NCBI GenBank assembly: GCA_040902285.1
Contig: JBBDXP010000007.1
Span: forward strand, 67,042-123,717
DNA length: 56,676 bases
Direction: 5' to 3'
Source of the DNA: Candidatus Spechtbacterales bacterium
Lineage (GTDB): Bacteria; Patescibacteriota; Minisyncoccia; Spechtbacterales; 2-12-FULL-38-22
Shown here piece after piece: positions 39,212-48,598 of this stretch; position 1 is the stretch's first letter; the number at the start of each line of letters is the position of its first letter. The translations under genes and the position numbers were made by a program. The notes beneath the pieces are model-generated. The model was given only the letters and a program-made list of their open reading frames with translations. It ran no database searches and was not told where the DNA came from.

Positions 39212-39443
39212 AATATCAATATCCCTGTATCAGCTAGGACGTATTCCTAGTTTTTTCTTTTTAACAACCATTACGGTTTACCAGTGGACTTTTTCTCCGG
39301 ATCACGGAATAATAAGTTTTTTTGTGCTGGGCCAATGCAAATTCAGGCCGACCTGCTCTGAGTTTACCAAACAACAAATTGTGGAGTTAGGGGCTTTAAA
39401 GGGGCTTAAGCGGGGGTTTGAACAAATAAAACAATGCCATTAA
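39168..39443 (+). CDS. yidD: Membrane protein insertion efficiency factor
   Basis: YQWTFSPDHG, CKFRPTCSEF, C-terminal CH; synteny; start uncertain. Confidence 0.8.
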   Translation: MQKISYKKPQYFQNKISISLYQLGRIPSFFFLTTITVYQWTFSPDHGIISFFVLGQCKFRPTCSEFTKQQIVELGALKGLKRGFEQIKQCH

Positions 39444-39447
39444 CCAT

Positions 39448-40164
39448 ATGGATTTTTTAATAGGATTATTCAACAGTTTAATATTTGAGCCCCTGCTAAA
39501 CTTTTTAATAGTGGTAGTTAATTTTGTGCCGGGACACGCCTTGGGCCCGGCCATTGTGCTTGTTACGGTCATTATTCGTTTAATCCTTTATCCCCTTTCC
39601 CACAAAGCGCTTATTTCCCAAAGAAAGCTTTTTGCACTACAGCCCGAAGTTAAAAAAATTCAAGAAAAGCTTAAAGATAACAAGCAGGAGCAATCAAAGG
39701 TAATAATGGAGCTTTATAAAAAGGAGAAAATAAACCCTCTTGCCGGGTGTGTGCCTTTTCTTATACAAATCCCTTTTATATTCGGTCTCTACAGGGTATT
39801 TCTTTTTGAGTTGACGCCTGACAACCTGCCTCCTCTTTATTCCCTTGTCAGCATGCCCGAAAGCATAAGCACTGTATTTTTGGGAATATCATTATCTCAG
39901 CCATCTGTTATTTTGGCGCTTTTGGCCGCCGTGTCACAGTTTTTTCTTTCTAAATTCATGTTTTCTCGCCGAAAGAATATGGGGCTTTCAAGTGGGAAAA
40001 AAAATGACCTCCAAAGCATGATGGGAAAACAAATGACATATGTTTTGCCCGTTGTGACTTTTTTTATCGCCCAAAGTTTTCCGGCGGGACTTGCTCTTTA
40101 CTGGGTTACGACCACCCTCTTTTCTTTTGGCGAACAATATATTATAAATAGAAAGATATCTTAA
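39448..40164 (+). CDS. yidC: YidC/Oxa1 membrane protein insertase (short form)
   Basis: IIRLILYPL, LQPEVKKIQ, INPLAGCVPFLIQIP, PAGLALYW. Confidence 0.93.
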   Translation: MDFLIGLFNSLIFEPLLNFLIVVVNFVPGHALGPAIVLVTVIIRLILYPLSHKALISQRKLFALQPEVKKIQEKLKDNKQEQSKVIMELYKKEKINPLAGCVPFLIQIPFIFGLYRVFLFELTPDNLPPLYSLVSMPESISTVFLGISLSQPSVILALLAAVSQFFLSKFMFSRRKNMGLSSGKKNDLQSMMGKQMTYVLPVVTFFIAQSFPAGLALYWVTTTLFSFGEQYIINRKIS

Positions 40165-40173
40165 CAAGATTGC

Positions 40174-40290
40174 AACGCGGATTGATGCGGATTTTGCTGA
40201 TTTATACGGATAAGCCCAATTAAAAAAATCAGTATAAATTTGTTTAATCAGTATTCATCTGCGTTATTGCAAGCGTAGCGAGCAAAAAAC
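40174..40290 (+). repeat. Palindromic array of ~9-nt (GCGGATTTA-like) units, copy 1
   Basis: Four GAT-centred units mirrored by four ATC units; homologous to 49671-49778 in the opposite orientation. Confidence 0.7.
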
Positions 40291-40743
40291 ATGAGTGAAG
40301 TAATAAAAATAAAAAACGACATAAAAGAACTGCTTGAAGGGATGAATCTTATTCTTTTATATCCGCCTGAGGTCCACAATAATGATGAAAGAACAACCGT
40401 AAGTGTTTTTGTTGATGACCCCAGGGCCCTTATAGGTGAAGGAGGCGCCAGCTTGAGGGCTTTTCAGCACATAATCCGACTTATGGCGGTTAAAAAATAT
40501 GGCCCCGATATAAAAGTAGACGTTGATGTAAACGGATATAAACAAAAACGGGCCGAGTTTTTGCGTGAAATGGCGCTTTCTGCCAGGCGAAGAGCCATTG
40601 AAAAAGGAGGATCTGTGGAGCTTGAGCCAATGAACGCCTTTGACAGACGGGTTATACATACGACCTTATCTGAATTTAAAGACGTAGAAACCGAAAGTAC
40701 CGGTGAATATCCCCAAAGAAGAGTAACCATAGGCCTCGTTTAA
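40291..40743 (+). CDS. jag: Jag/KhpB-like KH-R3H RNA-binding protein
   Basis: LIGEGGASLRAFQ, DVNGY, LEPMNAFDRRVIH, STGEYPQRRV. Confidence 0.88.
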   Translation: MSEVIKIKNDIKELLEGMNLILLYPPEVHNNDERTTVSVFVDDPRALIGEGGASLRAFQHIIRLMAVKKYGPDIKVDVDVNGYKQKRAEFLREMALSARRRAIEKGGSVELEPMNAFDRRVIHTTLSEFKDVETESTGEYPQRRVTIGLV

Positions 40744-40768
40744 TACTCGGGGCCTATTTTTAATGAAT

Positions 40769-40882
40769 CCCGTTAGAAGTCGCGATCGCAACAGATGGGA
40801 CAAGTAATTTAAAACAATAATAATTCAAATAAATAATTAAGAGTTGCGGGTTGTGGCTTAATCGCGATCTGTTTCTAACGGG
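40769..40882 (+). repeat. CCCGTTAG...CTAACGGG element, subfamily B
   Basis: Abuts ATG 40883; preceded by ATGAAT; homologous to 52328-52441. Confidence 0.9.
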
Positions 40883-42313
40883 ATGAAGGGCATTTTTAAA
40901 AATATTACCCTAAATACTATTGCGTTTTCCGCCGGCAGGATTACCGGAGGACTAATGGGACTTCTTGTTATAGGTATTATAGCCAGATCTTTGGGTGCCC
41001 GAGGTTTTGGAGAATATGCCACCATTATTGCTTACCTCGGAACATTTCAAATCTTAGCTGATCTTGGCCTTTACTCTCTTTTAACAAGAGAAATATCTCA
41101 AAACCCCGAAAAGGAAAAAGAGATTATAGGTTCATTTTTAACGCTGCGTCTTTTTGTCGCCGCGTTTTTTCTTTTAATCGCTTCGGCTCTGGTTTTTGTG
41201 TTTCCTTATTCCATGGAGGTTAAAATAGGTGTTGTGTATGCCGCCTCCGGATTTTTGTTTCTTTCACTTTCCCAGATATTTTTGGGTGTTTTTCAAAAGT
41301 ATATGCAAATCTACAAGGCCGCCATATCCGAAGTTATTGGGCGCGGAATACAGCTTGGCATAGTTTGGTTTCTTTTTTCCGCGGGTGGGACCTTGTTTTC
41401 TTATATAGGGGCTATGGTAGCCGGGGCTTTCGTTATGTTCGCGCTTAATATTTTTTTTGCAACAAGAATCGTGTCTTTTAGGCCCAGCATATCTTTGCAT
41501 AAATGGAAAAACATATTAAAACAGACCTATCCGATTGCTGTTTCTTTGATTTTTACCCTTCTTTATTTTAAAGCGGATACAATATTGTTATCTGTTCTTA
41601 AATCCCCCGAAGATGTGGGTCTCTATAACGCCTCTTATAAAGTTTTGGAAACACTTATATTCTTTCCGGCGGCTTTCGTCGGGCTTATGCTGCCTATAAT
41701 GTCCAAGTATGCTAAAGAAAACAGAGAAAAATTGTCTAAATTGCTGTCTGCCCTATCTGATATAATTACGGTATTTGCTTTGCCCATTGTCGCGGGCGGT
41801 GTTATTTTGTCCGCCACATTTGTGTACATTATAGGCGGACAGGAGTTTTTGGCCGCGGCGCCCGCAATGATGGTATTGTTTCTTGCTGTTGGAATAATTT
41901 TTTACGGCACGCTGTGGGGCAACTCTGTAATCGCCCTAAATTTGCAAAAGAAAGCAATGAAAATATACTTTGCCGGATTTGTTTTTAATTTTATCGCAAA
42001 CCTGCTTTTTATACCGGCATATTCATATATGGGGGCCGCTTGGACTACGGTTGTTACCGAACTTTTAGTTACAGCGTGGCTCTTTTTGCTTGTAAAAAAG
42101 GAAATTTCTTTTAGTATTTCTTTGAACGCAATAACAAAGGCGGTCGCGGGGACCGCCTTAATGAGTGTTGTTGTTTTTTACATCGCGGGCTCTCTTTACG
42201 AGCCGGTTTCTGTAATAAGATTTATAATGGCAATACTTGGCGGCATTGTTTTGTATTCTATGTTCGGGTTAAAAATTCTTAAAAATTTGTTCCAAAAAGA
42301 GGTTTTGCGCTAA
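40883..42313 (+). CDS. Wzx-like polysaccharide flippase (MOP superfamily)
   Basis: ARSLG..GFGEY, ADLGL...TREIS, DTILLS, VGLYNA, GAAWTT; about 14 TM. Confidence 0.88.
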   Translation: MKGIFKNITLNTIAFSAGRITGGLMGLLVIGIIARSLGARGFGEYATIIAYLGTFQILADLGLYSLLTREISQNPEKEKEIIGSFLTLRLFVAAFFLLIASALVFVFPYSMEVKIGVVYAASGFLFLSLSQIFLGVFQKYMQIYKAAISEVIGRGIQLGIVWFLFSAGGTLFSYIGAMVAGAFVMFALNIFFATRIVSFRPSISLHKWKNILKQTYPIAVSLIFTLLYFKADTILLSVLKSPEDVGLYNASYKVLETLIFFPAAFVGLMLPIMSKYAKENREKLSKLLSALSDIITVFALPIVAGGVILSATFVYIIGGQEFLAAAPAMMVLFLAVGIIFYGTLWGNSVIALNLQKKAMKIYFAGFVFNFIANLLFIPAYSYMGAAWTTVVTELLVTAWLFLLVKKEISFSISLNAITKAVAGTALMSVVVFYIAGSLYEPVSVIRFIMAILGGIVLYSMFGLKILKNLFQKEVLR

Positions 42314-42325
42314 GGTTTGCTATTT

Positions 42326-42949
42326 TCATTCTGCAACACACTCTTTACCGTTCCAGTCACAACCTTCCACATCGCACTCTTTTTCGCTTTTCATGAGATT
42401 GCAGTCGGGTTCGTCGGGAACACCTATGGGTTCTATTTTGTCTACACACTTGCTGTTTTTCCATTCACACTCAGGATGGCTGGGGCATTGGGAAAAATTC
42501 CATTGCGCGCAACCCGCGGGTTTTACGGAAGGGTCCTGCAGATTTGTTATTTGCGGATTTATAATATTTAAAATTATTACAGACAACAACAATATAAATA
42601 TACCCCACACCACATTTTTTAATCTTTCCCTCGCGGCGGCTCTAACCGCGGGGCTTTCTCCTCCGACTATAAACTGGATACCCGTGTATATTAAAGAAGT
42701 AAACGCGACCAGTCCCCCTATCCATATAGAGGCGACAAAAAGGAATAATATTATGTTGCCTATGGTCGGGTTGCAGGTTCCGTCTTCTATGCAGTTTAGA
42801 TCAAAAAATCCGCCGGGAACAGGCGCGGGTATTTTTGGGTAGTTTACATTCAAATCTATGCCCGCCGCGTTTGCGTTTACGGCAAGCGTCAAAACAAGGA
42901 TGCTAAAAACAGCAAGAGGTATTATTTTTTTAAAAATGTTCTTTTTCAT
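42326..42949 (-). CDS. T4SS pilin-like (TrbC/VirB2-like) protein with short Cys-rich tail, paralog 3
   Basis: Signal peptide ANA|A; YPKIPAPVPGG; IYTGIQFI...AAARERLKNVVWG...ILNIINP. Confidence 0.75.
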   Translation of the reverse strand: MKKNIFKKIIPLAVFSILVLTLAVNANAAGIDLNVNYPKIPAPVPGGFFDLNCIEDGTCNPTIGNIILFLFVASIWIGGLVAFTSLIYTGIQFIVGGESPAVRAAARERLKNVVWGIFILLLSVIILNIINPQITNLQDPSVKPAGCAQWNFSQCPSHPECEWKNSKCVDKIEPIGVPDEPDCNLMKSEKECDVEGCDWNGKECVAE

Positions 42950-43061
42950 CCCGTTAGTAATTACTGCTTACGCAGTTTTAATTTATATGTATTTAACTAA
43001 ATCAACTACCTATATTTACTGTACTTAGCTTAGCAGACCCGTTAGGGTAATTACTAACGGG
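42950..43061 (-). repeat. CCCGTTAG...CTAACGGG element, subfamily A
   Basis: Abuts ATG 42949; homologous to copies at 5254 and 23569. Confidence 0.9.
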
Positions 43062-43068
43062 ATTCATT

Positions 43069-43731
43069 CTATTGCTCTTCCGGTGACGCAAAATCTTCTG
43101 TGTATGGCTCTTCATGCTGTTCCAATTGCTGTTCCAATGCCAGGGTATCCAGTCCCGGGGAACTCGCGATTCTATAATAAAAGCTGGCCTCTGATTGCGG
43201 GACAAAATATAAAACTCCGGTTATATCCTGCAAATTGCTTGATTCTACGGCTACGCCCTCTTCCAGAAAAATATGCCACGGCCACTCGCTCTCATTGCTC
43301 CAGTAAACAAGATCCGGCTCACCATACTTATCTGTGTAGTCCGAAAAAGCTCCTCTGTAGTCGGAGTAAACATATTCCAGCGCGTAATAAACGGTTTCGC
43401 CTCTAAGCGCCACAACATTTTCAAAAAACTCTATGGGTGTTTTATAATACATATAAGTAAACACATCGTGCGTGGACACGGTGTAGGGCCGGCCAATAAT
43501 CTTTTCCACATCCTCGCGTGTGCTTTCCCCCGGGATTATCTCGTTAATCCTGCTGTAATCGGCTTCAAGGTCCATTGTCGGAGGAGCTTGATCGGGATCA
43601 ACTACCTCTCTTTCAAGTACCGCGCTTTCGTCCTCCCCGCTTGTCAATGTCAGTATAATCGCAACAACACCTATGACAAGAAATAAAGATATGGCTAAAA
43701 GAAAAATATGTTTTTTGATAAAATCTATCAT
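43069..43731 (-). CDS. Acidic membrane-anchored protein with a BamE/BLIP-like motif
   Basis: N-terminal TM; IIPGESTREDVEKIIGRP and KYGEPD half-repeats. Confidence 0.6.
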   Translation of the reverse strand: MIDFIKKHIFLLAISLFLVIGVVAIILTLTSGEDESAVLEREVVDPDQAPPTMDLEADYSRINEIIPGESTREDVEKIIGRPYTVSTHDVFTYMYYKTPIEFFENVVALRGETVYYALEYVYSDYRGAFSDYTDKYGEPDLVYWSNESEWPWHIFLEEGVAVESSNLQDITGVLYFVPQSEASFYYRIASSPGLDTLALEQQLEQHEEPYTEDFASPEEQ

Positions 43732-43743
43732 GATGTTAAAGAA

Positions 43744-45363
43744 TTAAGGATTATAAACATTCGTATTCATCCACCTGTTGGTGTCATCGCACTGCGTAGG
43801 TATGCTTGATATGTTTTGTGAGCATAAAAACCTTCCCCCGCGGTTAGTATACAGATAGTTAGCCATGCCTTCGGCGAAAGATTCTGAAAAGGCGCGAATT
43901 TTGGTGATACAGGAACTGCCGCCGTAAGACGGGCAGTAATAACGTAAGGCGTATGTTTTGACAAAGTGACGATCAGAATACGACGGGAAACAACTTGAAC
44001 TATCGCGCTGATAGCAGTCGGGGTCCAGGGTAGCCAAACCGGACAGGGCCGAGGTGAACTGAGTGCTTAAGCGTGGGTTTCTGCCGGTTATTATGTGCCC
44101 GCTTTCATGTTGTACTAGGCCGACTATTGCCGGATTGGTAAGCGTTAAGCATCCGAGGGTTTTGAATAATATGGTGTTGGCGTCGGATGCGTACCCGAAA
44201 CAATAGGACGGGTCAGAAGATGTGGGGGCGTATCTTACATAAAGTATGTTTCCTCCATAAATTAAATTTGTTCTGTATCCCGGCCCCCCACTTGTGGTGG
44301 CTTGATACATTGCGTCCCATACCTTTTTTATAAAATTAGAATTACTTGTTCCGGTAACAACAACATTGAATTCTTGTTTTAGACAAGTTGCGTATCCTGA
44401 AAGGAAGGGATCGCATGAGAATGTCATTCCACATTCAAACCTGCAAACTCCCGGCGCCCCGCCAAGTTCTATGCATTTGTTGTAACAACTAAGAACAGGG
44501 GCGTTGGTTTCGTCATCGTCATCCGGAGATTCGCACCCTCCGTCCACGGGATAGTCGATAAAAGTATCATCGTCATTATCTATTCCGTCCGAACACTGCG
44601 GTGCCGATTCAGTATCGTCGTCTCTTGACTCACACTGCGGGTCTTCCGGATAGTCAACAAAACCGTCATTGTCATTATCTTCCAAGTCCCAGCATTCGGG
44701 CGGGGGCGGAATACAAGGAACATCTTTGGATGTTCTTGCGTCTATGCATTCTGAGTGTCTTACAAGGTAACACCAACGAAGGTCGGGCACATATCCGCTC
44801 TGGCAATTATCTTCAGCAACCTCGCACTTCTCTTCGTCTTCATTCCATCCGCACGAAAAAACCCCCGTTATCGCCTCCGGTTCGGGTATTTTAAGGTTGG
44901 AGATAGTTCCCTTGTCTGCACCTTGCAGAAGCGGGTCTCGTAGATTTGTTATGTCGGGATTTATTATATTTAAAATAACAACAGTGGATAAGAGTATGGC
45001 TATTCCCCACATAACTTTCTGCAATCTGTCTTTGGCCGCCAATCTTACTTGAGCATCGCTTCCGGCAAGTATAAATTGTACCCCCGTGTACAAAAGAGAA
45101 ATAAGCGCGACAATGCCCCCGACCCATATAGCGGATATAAACAGGAAAAAAATTATGTTGCTTATTGACGGGTCGGGTATGTAGGAAGAGTAGCACCCGG
45201 ACAAATCATTCCAAAATACATCAATGCAGTTTAAATCAAAATATCCTCCAGGAACGGGTGCTGGAATAGCGGGATAGTCGATACTAAAGGCAAAACTCTG
45301 CGCTGGGACGAATAGCGCCGCAAAAACCACTATACCTGTAATTATTTTAACTACCGCATGCAT
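43744..45363 (-). CDS. T4SS pilin-like protein with Cys/Asp-rich repeats and C-terminal HExxH metallopeptidase-like domain, paralog 2
   Basis: Pilin-like N-terminus; two CxDxxDNDxDxFxDYPxDxxC repeats; VQHESGH followed by ESFAEG. Confidence 0.75.
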   Translation of the reverse strand: MHAVVKIITGIVVFAALFVPAQSFAFSIDYPAIPAPVPGGYFDLNCIDVFWNDLSGCYSSYIPDPSISNIIFFLFISAIWVGGIVALISLLYTGVQFILAGSDAQVRLAAKDRLQKVMWGIAILLSTVVILNIINPDITNLRDPLLQGADKGTISNLKIPEPEAITGVFSCGWNEDEEKCEVAEDNCQSGYVPDLRWCYLVRHSECIDARTSKDVPCIPPPPECWDLEDNDNDGFVDYPEDPQCESRDDDTESAPQCSDGIDNDDDTFIDYPVDGGCESPDDDDETNAPVLSCYNKCIELGGAPGVCRFECGMTFSCDPFLSGYATCLKQEFNVVVTGTSNSNFIKKVWDAMYQATTSGGPGYRTNLIYGGNILYVRYAPTSSDPSYCFGYASDANTILFKTLGCLTLTNPAIVGLVQHESGHIITGRNPRLSTQFTSALSGLATLDPDCYQRDSSSCFPSYSDRHFVKTYALRYYCPSYGGSSCITKIRAFSESFAEGMANYLYTNRGGRFLCSQNISSIPTQCDDTNRWMNTNVYNP

Positions 45364-45422
45364 GTTTATATTATAATATGTTTTTATGGATTATCATGAT
45401 AAAATCGTATTTCTTGAAAAAA

Positions 45423-46415
45423 TTATCTATATTCCGGTCCGCAGTCATCGCCAAAAATCCACCATCCTCCCCCCCAGTCGCATCCGGTTTTTTCTTCGCA
45501 GTCCTTTTCGTTTTCCATAAGACCGCATGCGTCTATTCTTAAGCAAGATATGCCTATGAATGACGGACTTCCACAATCGCTACCCGCGTCGTTACATATT
45601 TCCTGTCTGGCCTCGTAGCCATAGGGGCATACATCATTCGCTACTATGCACTTCCCGCTCGAACGTATGCAATCAAATGTGCCCAGTTCGCACTCAAGAT
45701 TTATTGGAAGATTACTCGGATCTTCACAGGGAGGCCATGCTTCCCTGCACAGCCCTGGGGCACCTCCCTCTGCCACACATCTTTCATAACACATTTTACA
45801 GTCGGTTGTGTCGGCGCTACACGCGCCATCGGGGACAAAATATCCTTGTGTACATTCACTTATTGCTCCGCAGCCGGTGCCTGTACCGGGGTCATAACAG
45901 GAGTATGTTCCGGGCTTGTCCAGAGGGTCGTCTTCACCGCTGGGTACACCCAGGGAATCTGTGGTTTCTGTATCTACATTGTCAAGGTTTAAGCCAAGTC
46001 GTGTAAGATCGGGATTTATGGTATTCAAAACGACGGTTGTGGACAAAAGTATCAGCATGCCCAATATAACATTTTGCAACCTTTTTTTCGCTTCAGCTCT
46101 TATCGGCGGGCTTTGTCCCGAGAATACAAATTGTCCTCCCGTATAAATTAAAGATACCAAAGCTATAAATCCCCCTGCCCAAAGAGCCATGGCAAATACG
46201 AACAGCACCAAAGTGCCTATAGTTGCCGGCGGTCTGTAAGAGGATGTGCATCCGGAAGCGTTTTTTAATCCTCCGTTGGGAAGCTGGAGGCAATCCAAGT
46301 CCAAACTCCCTCCCGGAACAGGCGCCGGCACAGCCGGATAATCTATTGCCTGTGCTGACGCGGGCATTATAATCGCGGCAGCTATAACTATTAATAGTAT
46401 GCAAACTCTTCTCAT
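45423..46415 (-). CDS. T4SS pilin-like protein with long Cys-rich tail, paralog 1
   Basis: AQA|IDYPAVPAPVPGG; IYTGGQF...AEAKKRLQNVILG...LNTINP; start ATG 46415 coupled by TAATG. Confidence 0.75.
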   Translation of the reverse strand: MRRVCILLIVIAAAIIMPASAQAIDYPAVPAPVPGGSLDLDCLQLPNGGLKNASGCTSSYRPPATIGTLVLFVFAMALWAGGFIALVSLIYTGGQFVFSGQSPPIRAEAKKRLQNVILGMLILLSTTVVLNTINPDLTRLGLNLDNVDTETTDSLGVPSGEDDPLDKPGTYSCYDPGTGTGCGAISECTQGYFVPDGACSADTTDCKMCYERCVAEGGAPGLCREAWPPCEDPSNLPINLECELGTFDCIRSSGKCIVANDVCPYGYEARQEICNDAGSDCGSPSFIGISCLRIDACGLMENEKDCEEKTGCDWGGGWWIFGDDCGPEYR

Positions 46416-46747
46416 TATTTTGTCAGGTCCATTAGCGCTTTTTTTGTCCAATAACCGGGTATCCATCCGAAAAAGAAGTTTTTTAACCAAGTTTTTATTT
46501 TTTGCCCCAAGGATTTATCTTTATTAATTTCCACATGCTGGAAAATATTTAAGGTTATCATTCCCAAAAAAGGAGGTATGCCTTGCAGGGGCGCCGTAAA
46601 GCCCAGTGTTACAAGGGTGAAAAGCCAGAATATAACAGTCATCATATCAAGCATCATGGCCCAAAAAATTAATACAAAGCCCATGGCGCTGAATCTGCTT
46701 ACTCTTCTGTCGCGTTTTTTTAGGTTTTTGATTGCGAACTTTGGCAT
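46415..46747 (-). CDS. Small membrane protein of the T4SS-like operon
   Basis: Hydrophobic core; tightly packed between virB4 and the pilin paralog. Confidence 0.6.
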   Translation of the reverse strand: MPKFAIKNLKKRDRRVSRFSAMGFVLIFWAMMLDMMTVIFWLFTLVTLGFTAPLQGIPPFLGMITLNIFQHVEINKDKSLGQKIKTWLKNFFFGWIPGYWTKKALMDLTK

Positions 46748-46749
46748 AA

Positions 46750-48597
46750 TTATTCTTCCTCCTTGGCTTTTTGTATCTGCAAAAGCTGTTCAGGATCCGA
46801 GGTTATTATTTGGTCCTCCACATAGGAGGCAACCACTTTTATGGCAACATGCTTTGTGCCGGCAAAAAACAGGCCTTCTCCTACATTATTTTCAAGCAGA
46901 AGATATTTTTCTTCGTCCGTTAAGTTGAATATCTGCTGAAGTTTGTCTATGGTGGCGGCATGCTGTTTCATTAATATTTGCAGAGACGAGTTCGTGATTA
47001 TGGCTCTTCCGTAATCGGAGTTCATAAAATCCTCTATGTCTTGGGTTATGGTTGTAACTCCCAGATAGTATTTTCTGGCTCTTTTGGCTATACCGAACAA
47101 AAAGGCCGCGCTTTCGGGGTGCTGCAATAGCCACCACGCCTCATCTATGACCAGTATTCTTCTTTTTAGTTCTTTGCGTATATTGGTCCAAATGTAATTT
47201 ATTATTATGTACATTGCCACCGGCCTTAATTCGTCTTCCATGTCTCGGATATTAAATACGACAAGCCGGCTTTTAAGCTGAATATTGGTCTGTTTATTTA
47301 AAAATCCGGAATATACCCCCGTTGTGTATTTTTCCAAACGCTGCGCCAAGCTTTCCCCTCCCTCCATGCTGCTCAATACTGTGTGCAAGTCCTGCATAAG
47401 AGGTGGAGTTATTTCCCAAAAATTCGGAGTTGCCGGAGTTATGTCTTTGGATGCATATGTCTGGTTTATTGCTTCGTTCAATATGCTTTCTTCTTCGGGG
47501 GTCATGGATCCCAGCATTATTTTTAAAAGCCCTATAAGGGTTATTATATTAGCCCGCAAAACTTCTTTTGGGTCTTCGTCCTTTTGAGGCGCGGGCAGGT
47601 CGAACGGGTTGATATGGTCCCCGCTTGTAAGAGAAACTTTAAAAAAACTGCCCCCGGTTGTTTCGGCTAGGTATTGGTATTCATTTTCCGGATCTATAAC
47701 TATTACATCTGTTCCCATCATTAAGGAGCGCAGAACTTCAAGTTTTATGGCATAGCTTTTGCCGCCACCGCTCTTGCCGAGTATTACAGTGTTGGCGTTT
47801 TCCAGAGAAAACCTGTCAAAAAGTATTAAGCTGGAATTATGCCTGTTTATTCCGTAAAGAATGCCCTTATCGTCTGTAAGGTCAAAAGATACAAAAGGAA
47901 AAGTCGAAGAAAGCGGAGAAGTGTTTAAGCTTCTTGTCACCTTTAACTCGTCCAGGTTTACGGGTATGCCCGAGCGCAGGCCTTCTCCCTGCTGGTATAC
48001 AGCTTGCTTTAAGTAGACAAGACGGCTTTCCAATATAGAGCGTATTTCATTTTCTATTTTATCCAGCTCCTCTTTTGTTTTTCCGTATATCAAGACATAC
48101 AGGCCGAACTGGAACATTTTTTCTTCCGCTGTCTGCATTTTGTCCCGCAAATCTTCTATGTTGCGGTACGCGGTATCCAGGACCGGGTCGCGTATCATGC
48201 CCTTCTCTTCTCTTTCCATCATTTCCGCTTCAATTCCGGTAAGCCGGCTTTGTAGCTGTTTTAATATCTTTTCCGTGCTTACGGGTTGTATAAACATGGA
48301 AATATCAACCGTCTGATCCATATTTATAATGGGACTCATCCAGTTTTGCGCCAAATATCTGGGATAACTGAATACAAAAAGCGTGCGTACCAAAGTATTA
48401 CCCAGTTTTACATGGTCCAGCTCCACTTCTATGGCGGGGGGTGCTATCACATCAAGAAGTTTTTGGCGTTTTTGTTCGTTTATTTCCTTTTGGGTCTGTC
48501 CCTGCCACCGATAGCCCTGTATTGTTGCCGGCTGTTTGCCTGCCTGTCCGGTAGGCGGGCCCGGCTGCCGTGGGTTGTAATTGGGTTGTTGAGGCAT
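46750..48597 (-). CDS. virB4: VirB4/TraC-like ATPase
   Basis: GILYGIN, FDRFSLENAN, GKSGGGKS, VIDPENEY, INPFD, VIDEAW, KRARKY, TQD; start ATG 48597. Confidence 0.9.
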   Translation of the reverse strand: MPQQPNYNPRQPGPPTGQAGKQPATIQGYRWQGQTQKEINEQKRQKLLDVIAPPAIEVELDHVKLGNTLVRTLFVFSYPRYLAQNWMSPIINMDQTVDISMFIQPVSTEKILKQLQSRLTGIEAEMMEREEKGMIRDPVLDTAYRNIEDLRDKMQTAEEKMFQFGLYVLIYGKTKEELDKIENEIRSILESRLVYLKQAVYQQGEGLRSGIPVNLDELKVTRSLNTSPLSSTFPFVSFDLTDDKGILYGINRHNSSLILFDRFSLENANTVILGKSGGGKSYAIKLEVLRSLMMGTDVIVIDPENEYQYLAETTGGSFFKVSLTSGDHINPFDLPAPQKDEDPKEVLRANIITLIGLLKIMLGSMTPEEESILNEAINQTYASKDITPATPNFWEITPPLMQDLHTVLSSMEGGESLAQRLEKYTTGVYSGFLNKQTNIQLKSRLVVFNIRDMEDELRPVAMYIIINYIWTNIRKELKRRILVIDEAWWLLQHPESAAFLFGIAKRARKYYLGVTTITQDIEDFMNSDYGRAIITNSSLQILMKQHAATIDKLQQIFNLTDEEKYLLLENNVGEGLFFAGTKHVAIKVVASYVEDQIITSDPEQLLQIQKAKEEE

Positions 48598-48598
48598 A

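Noticed and set aside
5254-43061. Repeats as a CRISPR array
   Set aside because: Copies are dispersed singletons, not repeat-spacer arrays, and no cas genes are present.
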